A program made the position numbers and the translations under genes. DNA of 62,102 nucleotides, filler included, from Sluysia triapertura (Eukaryota): NCBI GenBank assembly GCA_046118255.1. It is 5 parts of 5 records of this genome, joined end to end, with 100 filler letters (N's around TTAATTAATTAA, not from the genome) between each part and the next. Parts side by side here need not be neighbours in the genome. Positions count along the whole stretch, not along the records: positions 22,580 to 36,022 come from JBJNIA010039473.1; positions 36,123 to 47,553 come from JBJNIA010184835.1; 3 more parts are not named here. One strand, written 5' to 3'. This document shows positions 27,197 to 40,319 of this stretch, in pieces (position 1 is the stretch's first letter; every line of letters begins with the position of its first letter). The notes beneath the pieces are model-generated. The model saw nothing but the letters and a program-made list of their open reading frames with translations, ran no database searches and was not told where the DNA came from.

Positions 27197-28233
27197 TGAT
27201 AGAAATGAAGCATTTCTCAGAATGGAATCTGTGAAGGCTTCTAGATGTATTCAAATATTGTTAAAGACATCAGTAATTTTGAAAATTGTTCTCAACCAGA
27301 TAAAAGAATGTTTTGGAAAAGTGTTGATTATATTTATTGTATGATAAATAGTTTAGTTAAATGCTGCAAATTGCTTAATTTGCAAGATAAATTAAAATAT
27401 TATGAAAGTGTATTACTTAATGAATTTCCATGTTTCTTTTTTCAAATAAAGAGTTATCGAGCAAAATGTGTAGAGTCCGTTGCACATTTGACAACAATTG
27501 CGAAACGTGTATCATTAAATTAATTAATCATAATAAGATTCCTATGTCATTAGCAGTGCTGCCTTTAAAAATGAAACACCAAGATCAGTGAAAATTTTAA
27601 ATTCGGATTTACGCTAATTGAAGACTAGAAGAGTATACTTTTGTCATGTTTTGCAAGAAAAGACAAGAATTTTAATGAAATAAGCTTTTGTGCGGTTAAT
27701 GGTGCCAGTTAGAGAACACGATAGGGTTATTTTTTAGAATCGTTTAAATTATTGATCTTTAGTGTAGATGCGTTTGATATGACAAAACATGACAAAGTAT
27801 ACTCTTCTAGTCTTTAATTCGCGTAAATCCGAATTTAAAATTTTCATTGATCTTTGTGTTTCATTTTTTAAAGGCAGTGCTGCTATTGACATAAGAATAT
27901 TAATTTAATGTTACACAAGGTTCTTAGTGTTGCACATATGGTTACACGTTTCACAATTGTTGTCAAATGTGCAACGGACTCTACACATTTTGCTCGATAA
28001 CTCTTTATTTGAAAAAAACATGGAAATTTAGTAAGTAATACACTTTGAGAACATTCATTATAATGTTTTAAGTTATTTTGTACATTAAGCAGTTTGCAGT
28101 ATTTAACTACACTATTTAACATACAATAAATATAATCATCAATTTTCAAAATTACTGATGTCTCTAATAATATTTTGAATTCCTCTAGAATCCTACATAG
28201 ATTCCATTTTGAGAAATGTTTCATCTTTATCAA
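27197..28233. repeat. Inverted (tail-to-tail) duplication of the 3' part of a decayed gene; ~450-bp arms, ~130-bp spacer
   Basis: 27197-27653 matches the reverse complement of 27782-28233. Both arms encode FPCFFQIKSYRAKCVESVAHLTT. Confidence 0.9.
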
Positions 28234-31200
28234 CGTCATTATTTATTCTAATTATATTTAAAACTTGCAAAAAATCATAATATTTAAAATTAAAGTCTCA
28301 TTCATTGTGAAAAATGCTTCATCTAAGAATTATTCCCAATATTTGGCTATTTTTAAAATACACAGAAAAATATAAAAATAATTTTAAATTCAATAATTTT
28401 TGATAATTAAAGCTTTTTTTGTAAAATTAAAAATAAATTATAATAAAAATAATATCAAAAAAGGCGAAAGAAAAATAGTAAAAATAATACTATATTATAA
28501 TTACAATAAAGGAATTAATGACGCATTCAAACAAAAAGAATGCACAATTTTTAATTAATTCAAATTTTTGATTAATATACATAATTTTTAATTAATATAT
28601 AATTTTTTAATTAATGTATACTTTTTAATCAATACTTATTTTTTAACAAAAACAATTCATTTAATAACAACATTCATTTATTGTGTAATTTGCAAACTTT
28701 ATAACTTTAAACTTAAATATAATTTTTATTTTTCAACGTACAATTTTTGCCAAATAACTACTTGTTACTTTATTTTTTTATATAAAATTTATGAATAACA
28801 AAGTCGCATAAATATAAACTTTATGGAATTAAAGATTTTAAGTTCATAATTATCTTATTCAAAGACTTTAAGTAATGTCATAAATTGAATAAGAATTAAC
28901 AAGAATAAGTTTTCTAATTAAAATTATTAAGTTGTTAATGATTATTTTATTTCACAAGCGCCCCAAACGCCATTATTATTCTTTAATCATAAAACACAAC
29001 CTCGGTAATATGAAGTATAATCCTTGTACATTTAAATGAAAAAATGAAATTAAACGTATAACGTATATTAAACTGTAATTTAAAAACATTTTATATGAAG
29101 ACCAAACGTAGCGTATAAGAAATATTTAAAGTTAAAACTTAAAATGATAATTTAATCAAACAAAATTTTCTTTCAACAAAGAATCAAAATACTTAGATTT
29201 TATACACTATTAAAATTATTTAAATCAAAAAATCATACTGTAGACAAATTCTACTAGAACTTAGTTACAATTTGATATGTTATTATTATTATTATCATTA
29301 TCATTATTATTACTTTTAATAATATTAATATTATTACCAGAAATGTATTTATATATTAAATTTTAATAAAACATATTAATTATAACATTCTTGCACATTC
29401 AGACGTAACTATCAAAAATAATTTATACTTCAAATAATTTCGTTTTCTTTGTATTTTTAAAATATATTTTGCAATATTTTTAAGCAGTTAACTGATCAGT
29501 TTTTGAAAAAATGTCTTTTTTGAATGCTTAATTAATTTTACATGTCACGTGATTAGCAGAGTTAGTTCACATAGTCTTAATATTCAATGAGTTGTACTTT
29601 TAGTTTTGTTTGTTTCAATATCAAAATTTAATTCGTTTAATGGAAGTATAATACTGTATTATTCTTCCAATATGGTGATTAAAATATTAAGTCATTTAAT
29701 AAATATGTAAAAAATAATGATTAAACGAAAAAAATAATATGAATAAAATTAATTTCGCCTTTTTACGTAGTGCTCGCTTTTTAGCGAATTTTTAAGTCTG
29801 AATTGTACACTCATCCACGATAAAATATGAAACTTTAAATTTATTCCAGTAAAAGTGTCAAGACAAATCACAAAAATACCAATTACAAAAATAGTAATAC
29901 GTTGACTATAATTGCTTAATAGACTTTATCTGATTTTACATCAAATTCAATTCTTTGTCAAGACACTATTTAATTTTATAATAATTTTTATTATTTTTTT
30001 ATTTAGTTACTATAATTGTTGCTATTTTATTGTTTTATTTTATTTAATTGTTTGTTTTATAAGCAAGTTACATAATATTGTTTTGAAATTTGTCAATATG
30101 TTTTCTCTTGTTATTTTTTCAATATCTATTTTCAATGTTTCAATAAATATCTAAATCTGCCTCGTATTTACTATTGTTTAACTAAGGAATTCATTATTAC
30201 TAATTTGGATAAAGATAATGGAAAGTGTTTTGTTGATATCAAAAATTATTTTGGTGCACTTTTGAAGGAATATTTATTAAATTTATTTGGATTGATTTTT
30301 AAATAAACATTATTGTTATTGATTATTACAATACATGTATTGAAATTTTAATTTTAAAAATTCTAATAATAAAATTAAATTTACTTAAAACTGAATAGTA
30401 AAAATAATCTAAAGGGCATTCATTCAAAATGTATGTTAAATGCATTATAATTAAACAATTAGACGATATTAGTTTATTAAACATAAAATGTTGGAACATC
30501 TCTGAACATTTTGTTGGTAGGACTTTAAATAGACTAAGACAAGAATCGAAATTAACTAAAAAGAGATGAGAATAAAAATCAAAACATGGCACTTGAAGTA
30601 ACAAACAAAGTATTTCTTCGCTTACAGCATGTTGTTGTGGCAATTGGGGTATTGGATTGTGTCCAAATAATATTTAAACAGCCACTCGTTTGCAGGTTCC
30701 GTTTGTAAAAATCGTCAGCATATATTGGATAACATTCATATATTTTGTTAATCAATGCTGTGGTGGCCAACTTTTAAATTAAAAAATTCAACATAATTAT
30801 CTCAATTGTAATATCACACTTACTCAAATTTTATATTTTACTTCCTTAGATTTATTAAAACTTCTTCACATTTCAAAACATTTTAAATTAACAACTTTAC
30901 AACATTAAAATAATATTTACATTCAAACCATTAATGTACATTTAAAAATTCATTTAAAACATCTTAATTCATTATTTCACAACATTAGAATCACAGTTTA
31001 TATCTCAAATTATCAATTATACATATTAAAATTAACCCAAAACGTTTTAAGTTCTCAATCCCTTCACACTCAATCATTGATACCTTGGAAAAACATTAAG
31101 CTCTTAATCATTAACTTCTTAATCATTTTAATACCTTAGACAAATAAAACTTGATTTAAGTTAATTTTATTTATTTTGTCAAGAAATTTTTAAATTTTAA

Positions 31201-31666
31201 TAAAAGAAAAGATCCTGAAAAGATTTAAATGAAATAAGTTTATGCATTTTGTTATTTTTATTTTTCATTTTATTATTACAATTTTATGATTATTATTTTT
31301 ATTAATCAATTATTTTCATTANNNNNNNNNNNNNNNNNNNNNNNNNNNNNNNNNNNNNNNNNNNNNNNNNNNNNNNNNNNNNNNNNNNNNNNNNNNNNNN
31401 NNNNNNNNNNNNNNNNNNNNNNNNNNNNNNNNNNNNNNNNNNNNNNNNNGTTTTATTAATTTTAGTTGCTATCTACACAATTTTTGTTACTTAATCAATC
31501 TTTTGGTGTTGGCCATGTTATCTGTCATTATTGATAGACATTTTTAATTAAAATTATTTAATAATAACACATGCCATTTGCAAGCATACATTCTTACAAC
31601 TGAATTAATATCAATATAGTTACTTGAATGGCCGTCCAATTAATTCTAGTTTTGTATAATACCGTT

Positions 31667-31680
31667 ATTGGACGTCCAAT
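31667..31680. promoter_or_regulatory. Perfect palindrome ATTGGACGTCCAAT (back-to-back CCAAT boxes around GACGTC)
   Basis: An identical 14-mer at 51355-51368. Both lie upstream of CCCH ORFs. Confidence 0.6.
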
Positions 31681-31789
31681 CATCAGATATAGCACAATTT
31701 GGCCGATTTGAAAATTAATTAAAAATTGTTGATAAAACAAAACATGTGCACAATTTTTACTCAAGGTTAAAAAATTAAGATTAATGAAT

Positions 31790-33170
31790 TAAAATGATGA
31801 GTTGACTAAGTTTATTAGAAGTCATTAAAGACGGTGATTTGCATCAAAATTAGTCGAATTTTTACGTTTTATTTATATTCGACTAAAGTCACCATCATCA
31901 TCATTAAGCAATGTCAAATAAAATTATTTTATAAATCTCACTAATGATAATTTATCTTATAAACGGCAAAACATTGTCGAGTTTTCGAAATTAATAACAC
32001 TATATGCTAATAAAACATCTTGTTTTAATGATAAGACAGAAACGTCAAAATTCCTCGACGATAAGAATGCTTCTCATTGTAATCCTATGATAGCTTTGGT
32101 AGTAAATCAACATTTAGAATAAATTAAATATTATGAAGAAACTATTGTGGCTAATTTTGTAATCATTAGTAATACAAAACATTCTGTAGCATCATTGATA
32201 AATCTCAAGACAAAATTAACTTATACAAAGTTTGAAGCTGATGAATTCAATGTCATTAATTTAATGTTAGATTGGTATATTCTACAATCATATTTAAACG
32301 ATTCAAGAAAATTAGAAAAGATCACTCACAGAAGCAGTTCTAGTCTTTCTTCATCAACACAAATAAAATTGTAATCTTTATCATTAGTGTCTAAAATCAT
32401 GTTACCAATTACGTTAATATCGGAACAATCGAATGTAGCAATTAATGCCATTTTAGATGTAGATCGTGGTATTCAGGTAAAAATGACAGAATTCGAATTC
32501 GTTATGATTAATCACGTTTCTATTTGTCAAAATGTCACTGACACTATCATAAATAAACTTCTAGACATTATGTTTTCGTACTTCATGTTTAGAACAACAT
32601 GAAGTCAATTTTAAGTCTAGACTACTACAATTAATGCCTATCGTCTCGTATAAAAATTCATCTTCCATAATAAAACAATTATTTCAATCATTGAGTAATA
32701 CAAATTGTACAGATTTTCGACTTAATGTTCGTAACATAATGTTAAGAAAAACGATCCTAGGATAACAAAATGACAGACATAGAGGTGACGTACCTTTCGT
32801 CTCAAATGTTCTGCGAAGTCAAACAAGTTTTGTTGATGTTCAAGACAATGCCAATTTACTAACGACGAAAGGATTCAAAAACAGAGGTAAACGAAGTAAT
32901 AAACTTAATCCTATAATCACTTCCACTAACAAAAAGAAGAATATTATCAGTTCTAAAATCACTATTTCGATTGCAACACTTATCGTTCAAAAACGCTTAG
33001 CACAATGTAGTTCTCAAACTAACCAATTTGGATTATGTATTAAGTCTGGTAAAGCCTGTAAATATTATCACATTATCGAAGAAATTGATCATAACGGAAT
33101 TGAAGATACCAATTACAATCAACATATGAACCAGATAAATCTACTCAGCCAAACATCGAAAATTTAGGAA
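31790..33170 (+). pseudogene. Decayed intronless ORF with C-terminal CCCH zinc finger, copy A
   Basis: QCSSQTNQFGLCIKSGKACKYYH (C-x9-C-x6-C-x3-H). NDSRKLE is shared with copy B (NDSRIIE). Several stops. Confidence 0.6.
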
Positions 33171-33579
33171 ACGAACGGAAGTCTTACCACTGACAAGTAT
33201 TACCGAATATACTTGATAATAACTTATTTTCAAAAATAAAATTGATTATTATTTATATTCAATTATTTAACTTTAACTATTTTTATTTAAGAAAACGCGA
33301 ACTTGTTGTTCTGATGACGTTTCCAGAAACAGGCCTAATTTTTAAAATGATAGGACATTTTACACTAGGTTTAATCGATTTTATGTTTCCATATAATAAA
33401 AATTAATTTGTCACTTTATTTTACCTTTTTTTATTCACAAATAGAATTTGTAAATTATTCAAATTAAAGTCAATGACATTTTTATAATTAACAAACATAA
33501 TGTTCACTCAATTTTTATAAATTTCAAGTTTAAATTAAATTTAAAAACTTTAAAAATAATATACTTAACCTATTTACTC

Positions 33580-34170
33580 TTAAAAATGCATTGTTACACA
33601 AGCATCATGATTTAAAGGTTGTTGAAAAATTGATGATAAAAATGCATGATCAACTACAACAATAATATTCTTATTAAAGCTTTTGCTAATTTTAACAACT
33701 TCTTCAATATCAACAATTTTCATCATTGGATTAGATGGAGTTTCAATCCATATCATTTTTGTAGATGAAGTTAAACATCTCTTTAATAGTCTAAAATCTT
33801 GTAAATCAATAGCTTCAAATTTAATTCCAAATTTCAGAGTTACTTTCATAAAATAAAGTATAATTCTTCCATAAACATCAATATAATATAAAATTTCATC
33901 CGGATTAAATTAATTAGTTATAGAAATTAATGCAGCTAATCCTGAAGCGAAAGTAGTACAATATTGACCATTTTCCATTACTGCTATGGTTGCTTCTAAT
34001 ATTTCTCTATTATAATTACTACCGCGTGAATGATCGTATTTTAAAGGTTCGTTTGTTGATTCTCGTTTAAAAGTTGTAGATAATGAAATTGGTGGTCACA
34101 CTTTACCATCGTGATCATTAGGGTGATGACTAATGTGTAAGATATGTGTCGATAATTTTGAATTTATTTT
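33580..34170 (-). pseudogene. CTH: Cystathionine gamma-lyase pseudogene (N-terminal half)
   Basis: PPISLSTTFK, YDHSRGSN, FASGLAA, DVYG, TKMIWIETPSNPMMKIVDI, VVVDHAF..QQPL. In-frame stops. The PLP-lysine motif HSATKY is replaced by HF*E*I. Confidence 0.9.
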
Positions 34171-34530
34171 AAAGTTTTTAAGACTTTTAAAATGTGATGC
34201 TTATGCTATTGAAATGTGACTAACAGTGTTGTAATGAAGTTGCCAGCATTTTATTTTATACGAATTTATTAATAAATTATTAATAATTGTTAACAAACAA
34301 ATTGGTTAGTAACTAAAAATGGGACTGCTAATTAAAAATAAACCAATTAATCCTATAATACTTAGATTAAAATTTCGGTGATTGTGCACTATTTGTTTTC
34401 GACATGTGAGCAATAATAAAATCTTGGCCTGCTACATATATTTATTTTAATTAACTTGACATGATTTCCATCATTACATAAACAATCATTATCTTCCGCA
34501 GCGCTTTCTTTATCTTTATCATCATCATCA

Positions 34531-34579
<49 letters not shown>

Positions 34580-34784
34580 CATTATTATTATTACTGTTGT
34601 TATCATTATCATTTTTTGACCATCTGTTAACTTTTTTCTATCTAAATTTAAACAAAGAAATTGTAAAGTGTTTCTGGTTTTGTTTCTATGATAACTGTCT
34701 ACTGTTTTATTATTGTTGTTATTTTCAATAAAAAGATTATATTACTGTTATTTTTATTGTTGTTTTGGTTGTTGTTAGAATCAT

Positions 34785-35186
34785 TTATTTGAACTTGACG
34801 ATGAGTGTAGTTAAGATACTGTTGCTAGGTGTGGAAAAACAACAACAAATTAGATAACACAATTGACAGCATGTTTTCCATAAATATCCCAAAAATATTA
34901 TTGTTAATGTCAATGTATTGATGAGCAATAAAATAATGGTTTCTGTTGACGTCTGTTGAGGATGATGATGGTGATGATTATTGGTTATTTTATCTATAGA
35001 TTGTTGTAACGGTAAATGATTGGATGTTATGAAAATTTGTTGTGGCACATGGTTTTACAGTACTGCATCCAAGGATCCGTTAGTACTCGGAAATAGAGTG
35101 TTAGTTGAAGATGCTGTATTGGTGGTGTTGGCGCTGTTACTGTTTGCTGTTGACTTTGATGAATTTTCTTGTTTGAGTGTTGCCAC
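34785..35186 (-). pseudogene. S/T/N-rich stalk, TM helix and Cys-rich tail of a small membrane protein, truncated by repeat C
   Basis: STANSNSANTTNTASSTNT..., one stop, then TIILLLINTLTLTIIFLGYLW followed by KTCCQLCYLICCCF. Confidence 0.4.
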
Positions 35187-35949
35187 TGTGGTGGCCAACT
35201 CATTAATTTTAACAAATTTTACTAAAAATTTTATTCCAAACATTTCATAACCACATAAACTTTCAAAACATACAATATACACTTTAAAATTCATTTAAAA
35301 CATTTTTTATATATAATCCTAATTCAACACCGCACAACAACCTCGCAGAATTCGTCGAAACTGTTTCTATATCTTATTCCTTTTCATATCCACCAAAATA
35401 AACTCTCATTTTTCAAAACATTTTAAATTTACAATCTTATAACATACAAACCACATTCAATACCATCAATTTATACTAAAAAAATTCATCCAAAATATTT
35501 TATTCGTCATTCCATAACAATCCAACTACAACCACATTTGAAATTAACTACCAGACACCTTCAAATATTCTAAATTCAAACGATCTTTTATCATTAAATC
35601 CTAACAGCTAAACTTTATTTTTATTCAAAACACCAATGTACATTTATAATCCATTTCAAACATTTATGTTATTTCAAAATAAGCAAATCGTCACTTTTCA
35701 ATTCTCAAGCTCATCTTCAGTCAAAAACATAAATTAACATATAAAAATTCATTGTAAACATTCTACACATTATCAGACAGCATTATAACCACAATCACAC
35801 CTTAAAACATCAAACATACATTCAAAACTAATTCAAACTAACTTGCATTTAAACATGTTTATGTCAAAAAAGTTAAACATGTCAAGAAATATTAAAGATC
35901 TAAAAGCAATATAATGCAAAATTTGAGATTTTTAAGAATCTAAAGACTT

Positions 35950-36022
<73 letters not shown>
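35187..36022 (+). repeat. Composite repeat unit C (5' part), ends in (AAT)n at a gap
   Basis: TGTGGTGGCCAAC start, C/A-rich blocks, and a gtcaagaaat..aaagatc tail as in units A and B. Confidence 0.65.
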
Positions 36023-37108
36023 NNNNNNNNNNNNNNNNNNNNNNNNNNNNNNNNNNNNNNNNNNNNTTAATTAATTAANNNNNNNNNNNNNNNNNNNNNN
36101 NNNNNNNNNNNNNNNNNNNNNNAAAAAGCAATTATTTTAATTCCTCGATTATTAAAAAAATTACAAAAAATTTTTTTTAAAGTAAAATACTTGTATTAAT
36201 TTAAATGATTATTTGTTTATTTTAATTAAATTTTTTTTAATTAGTTATTTATTAGATTGATATTTTTGATAAATGTAATTAACTATTTAATATTAACTTA
36301 TATTTTATATTTATTAGTTTATCTCTGCGAAAACTTTGGAATTTATCAAAATAGTTCGTTATTATCAATATTCTTAATTTACATTTAAGTTTTTATAATA
36401 CTAACTTAAAATGTATGTTAAAATTAAGATATATTTATTAGTTCATTTGTCGTTTGATAATACAATGTGTATTTTAATTAAAAATTGAAAGTGTCACTTT
36501 ATGAATATTATAAAATTATTTGAATTTCCTAAAGAATAACACGTTTTTTTCATATTATGTAACTTTATTTAATTTTTTTGAAAATTAAAGTCACATTGTA
36601 GATATTTTCTGAAATTAGAGTTTCGTATCATAAAACATCTAGACAATAAATTGAAATCTCAATCACTAATGGTTATCAATTTTATTTATAGTACTATTTT
36701 AAATTTTGCAAAAACAAACTATTGAAATAGTTTGATTATTGACTGTTACCTTCTTTGATTTTGCTTAATTTTTTACATTTTTACATTTTGCTTATAATTT
36801 TATATATAATTTTATATAATTAAAATTTTTTATTTGTAATTGTTTATTTCTCAAAATAAGACTATTTTTCAAAGCACTTGTCGATATACAATATTGGCTG
36901 AAATATATTGAGTTAAAGTTAAATAAGTGATGTAATCTACACATGTAAATTAAAACTAAAATGTAAAATTAATAAATAAAATAAGCAAATAAAGATATTA
37001 TATATTATAATTAGTTTAAAATAAAGTAATATGAATAATTAATAGTATTTGTGTTATAATAGTATAATTGTTATAGCTTTTATATAAACTTATAACTAAT
37101 ACTAATAC

Positions 37109-37165
<57 letters not shown>

Positions 37166-40100
37166 TAATAATAATAATAATAATAAATTGATAATAAATG
37201 GAAGCATTATTGTTATAGTATTATTATTATTATTATAATTATAATTATTATTATTATTATTATCATTTATAAAGAAAATATACGAGGTATAGGTTAAAAA
37301 TTTAATGCATTTTTCGTCAGAAGTAAATTTCCATTTCGATATTTTAATAGTAATTGAATAAATTTATAAGTAATTGTAAACCATTTCTTTGAAACTTTTT
37401 AATTCTTGTTCTTTTTACTGATTTAATTGATGTAATTTTGATTTACTATTTCATTGGAAAGAAAGACATTGCAGAAAATATCTGTATAAATTTGAAAATG
37501 GAATAGTTCAAATTTAACAAAATATTCATTTTAGTTATAGATATATCTAAATCTAGACTACATGTAGATGATGTTTTGAACACAAGTTGAATAAAACCCA
37601 AGACCTTCAAACATCCATGATACTTGGAAACAGTTTTAAATCATTTAAACTATTTTGAAAGATTTTAATAAGCGAAATTTGGTTCAACATAGTTTAGCAG
37701 CAAAGTAAGGTTTCTAATAGTCGCCTTTGTAATTTTATCAAGACTAAATCTGGCATCTTTTTCGAATCGAATTGTTGTGGGAAATGAAAAATGTTAATAA
37801 GAGTTGTTAATAACAGTTGCATTACTAGTGCCTTTCATTAGGTCAAGAGTAGGTTGATATGTCCGCGATACTAAGACCATAAGAAACCATATGTTCGAGC
37901 TATCACATTCAAGTCCAGATATTGCTTTGTTTCGCTCGGTGTAACACTTCTCAGGAGACAGAGAATTCGAAGAAATTGATGTTACAAAAATGGCTTTTCT
38001 TAAATATTTCGGCTCCAAATTGAAATTTTTTACAGTAATGAAATAAAAATTTAACATAGAAATGGTAGGCTATCGAAATGGACGCTGATTAAACTCTAAA
38101 GACATGTATTTTTATTTATTACTTTTTCGTAGACTTCCTTTTCAACCGAATACATTTATTTTCAGCAATTATTATTTTTGTCATCACTAAAATCGTAGAA
38201 ATATCATTGAATATCATTGATATAATATTGGTAATATTTTACTAATTTTATTTAATAATACTAAAATTATATATTATATATTATAATATATAATATATGA
38301 TTATATATTATAAATTTTTATAAGTTAAAGGTACTTATAGTTTAAATGGTTATGCTTCTGTGCTTCATTATTTGAATATAATAATTATATTTCATAATCT
38401 CAGATATACTTTTAATCTTTCTACTAAAATAATCTTATTAAATATCAATTTTTATAAAAAGTGTAAACATCGGCTTTGATTGGAACTTTTCGAAAGAACG
38501 GAAATTTTCTGCCTGTCGAATCTCAAATGCAAAGTAAAGTTGTAGTAAATAAATATTTAACTCTTGAAATTTGTAGTAAAGGAAAATTATAGTGCTATTA
38601 TACTTCGTTTTGTGCAGAATAGTGCATTTCCGTTTCACTAGAAAAGCTTGAAATTATAAATCTACAAAAAGGAACTTTGATATATTAAAGATGAATTTAC
38701 ATTACTCATAGAAGTTTGCGTTACTCAGAAAATCAAAACAATAATCTGAATTATCATTTTAAAAAGTCCTAGATTACAAAATTTAAGGAAAAATATAAAG
38801 AATTTCAAGAAAAGCATAAGGCAGAACTGGAAGGAATTTTTTATTTGATTTGGTAGCAGAAATTGAAAGTCATTTTGTAATATTAATGAATTAAAAAGTC
38901 AAAATATCGCCATTCAGAATTCCAAAACATACATATTTAAAACGCATGATTTATGTTTGTAATTTAAATTGTTTAATTTCCTGATTTATGTTGAAGCTCC
39001 AAACTATCATAGCACTTTTTAGTGGAATAGTTAATTTTTTTTTGGTGGAATAGTTAAAGCTTATTTAAACTTTAATTTTTGATGTTTAAACATCATAAGG
39101 TTAATACTTAGATAATTTTTCTTAGATGTGTTAGGTGTGTTGTCATCACAACCCTCCAATATCATTAAATTCCATGAAAAAAACTTTTTACATTTATTAA
39201 TTTCTCTGAAAGAAAATTATTTTCAAAAAAAGAAAATAACATTTTCTAAAATAAGAAATAGAAAATTCTAGAATTTTCGAGAAATTCCATTGATTTATTG
39301 GCTGATATCAGTTTAATTTAAATCACAATTTAATAAGACATTTTAATGATACAATTTAATAAAACAAGTTGGTATCACGATTCAATTTAGATTAACCACA
39401 TTTTTGATTTTCAAGACAAAAAATTAGGTATTGGAAATTTTTACAATCAGCAGAATTTTTCAATTGCAAGGATTTACAATCATTGATTTTTATTGAATTT
39501 TAGTAAGTTAATCTTTTGTAAGATTCGTTTTATTTATTGAATGTGAATCTTAAAATCAACTTTAAATCCAAATTGTAAATGTTACACCCGATATAATGAG
39601 GGTTAAAATCTAATTTAAAATACTAAAGATTACAAATTAAAGGCACAAAAAGGCTTTAATTTTAAAATTAAAAAAGTTATTTGTATCTGTTGCTCTTTAT
39701 TTTACTCTTATAATTATAGATCTTCGTACATAGTAATTTTTTGACAAAATAAATATTCTCAACAGAAAAAGGAGTAAGAAAAATCATCTACTTCAATTTA
39801 AAAGACTAAAGTAAATTAATTTATTATATAAGACCCTCCGTTAAATTCAACACTACGTTAAGTATATTAAATGTCTAAATTGTCATTTATAATTACAGAT
39901 TTGCCAACTTCAAGTCATAAGTCGTATATTATCGTAAGTCGGACCCTCATAAAATTTATATTTACCATAAGTTAAGAGTTAAGAAAACCACTGCAAAAAC
40001 CACTGCTGATACTTTAGAATCTGAGGGAAAATAATTACGGTACTTATTATGTTTTTTATACTATTTAGAAATGTTACTTATAAATTACGTATAACGAAAA

Positions 40101-40319
40101 AATATTTAACTTATGATAAAATAAAAAAAATAAAACAAAATAGAGACATGTTTCGATTTTGTTTTAACAAAAATATTTTTATATTGTTAAACAATAATTA
40201 AAAATACACTAAAATTTTTTTTTAATTTTAATTATTTTTTAAATCAATTAAAATGAATTTTTCGTTTCATTATATTTTTATTTTTAACATTTTATACAAC
40301 AAATGCATAATGTTTTTTC

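Larger units (their letters stand above)
30759..33340 (+). mobile_element. Composite repeat unit A: TGTGGTGGCCAAC start, C/A-rich repeats, palindromic promoter, CCCH ORF
   Basis: Same order of modules as 50141-52770. It spans an N gap, so continuity is assumed. Confidence 0.5.

Noticed and set aside
30761-30771. TGGTGGCCAAC as a tRNA primer-binding site
   Set aside because: Homology among the three copies begins at the preceding TG and the upstream flanks differ, so it is more likely an element terminus.
37016-37207. Poly-Leu, poly-Asn, poly-Tyr and poly-His ORFs (also 42102, 47415, 50922/50932)
   Set aside because: Translations of AAT/CAT microsatellites.
37260-39200. Long decayed minus-strand coding-like stretches (also 7900-8430, 17570-18210, 44170-44660, 45700-46600, 49297-49700)
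   Set aside because: They look like pseudogene relics, but no motif could be recognised, so no product is assigned.
40141-40160. CGAAACATGTC on the minus strand (hammerhead half)
   Set aside because: No upstream CUGANGA.
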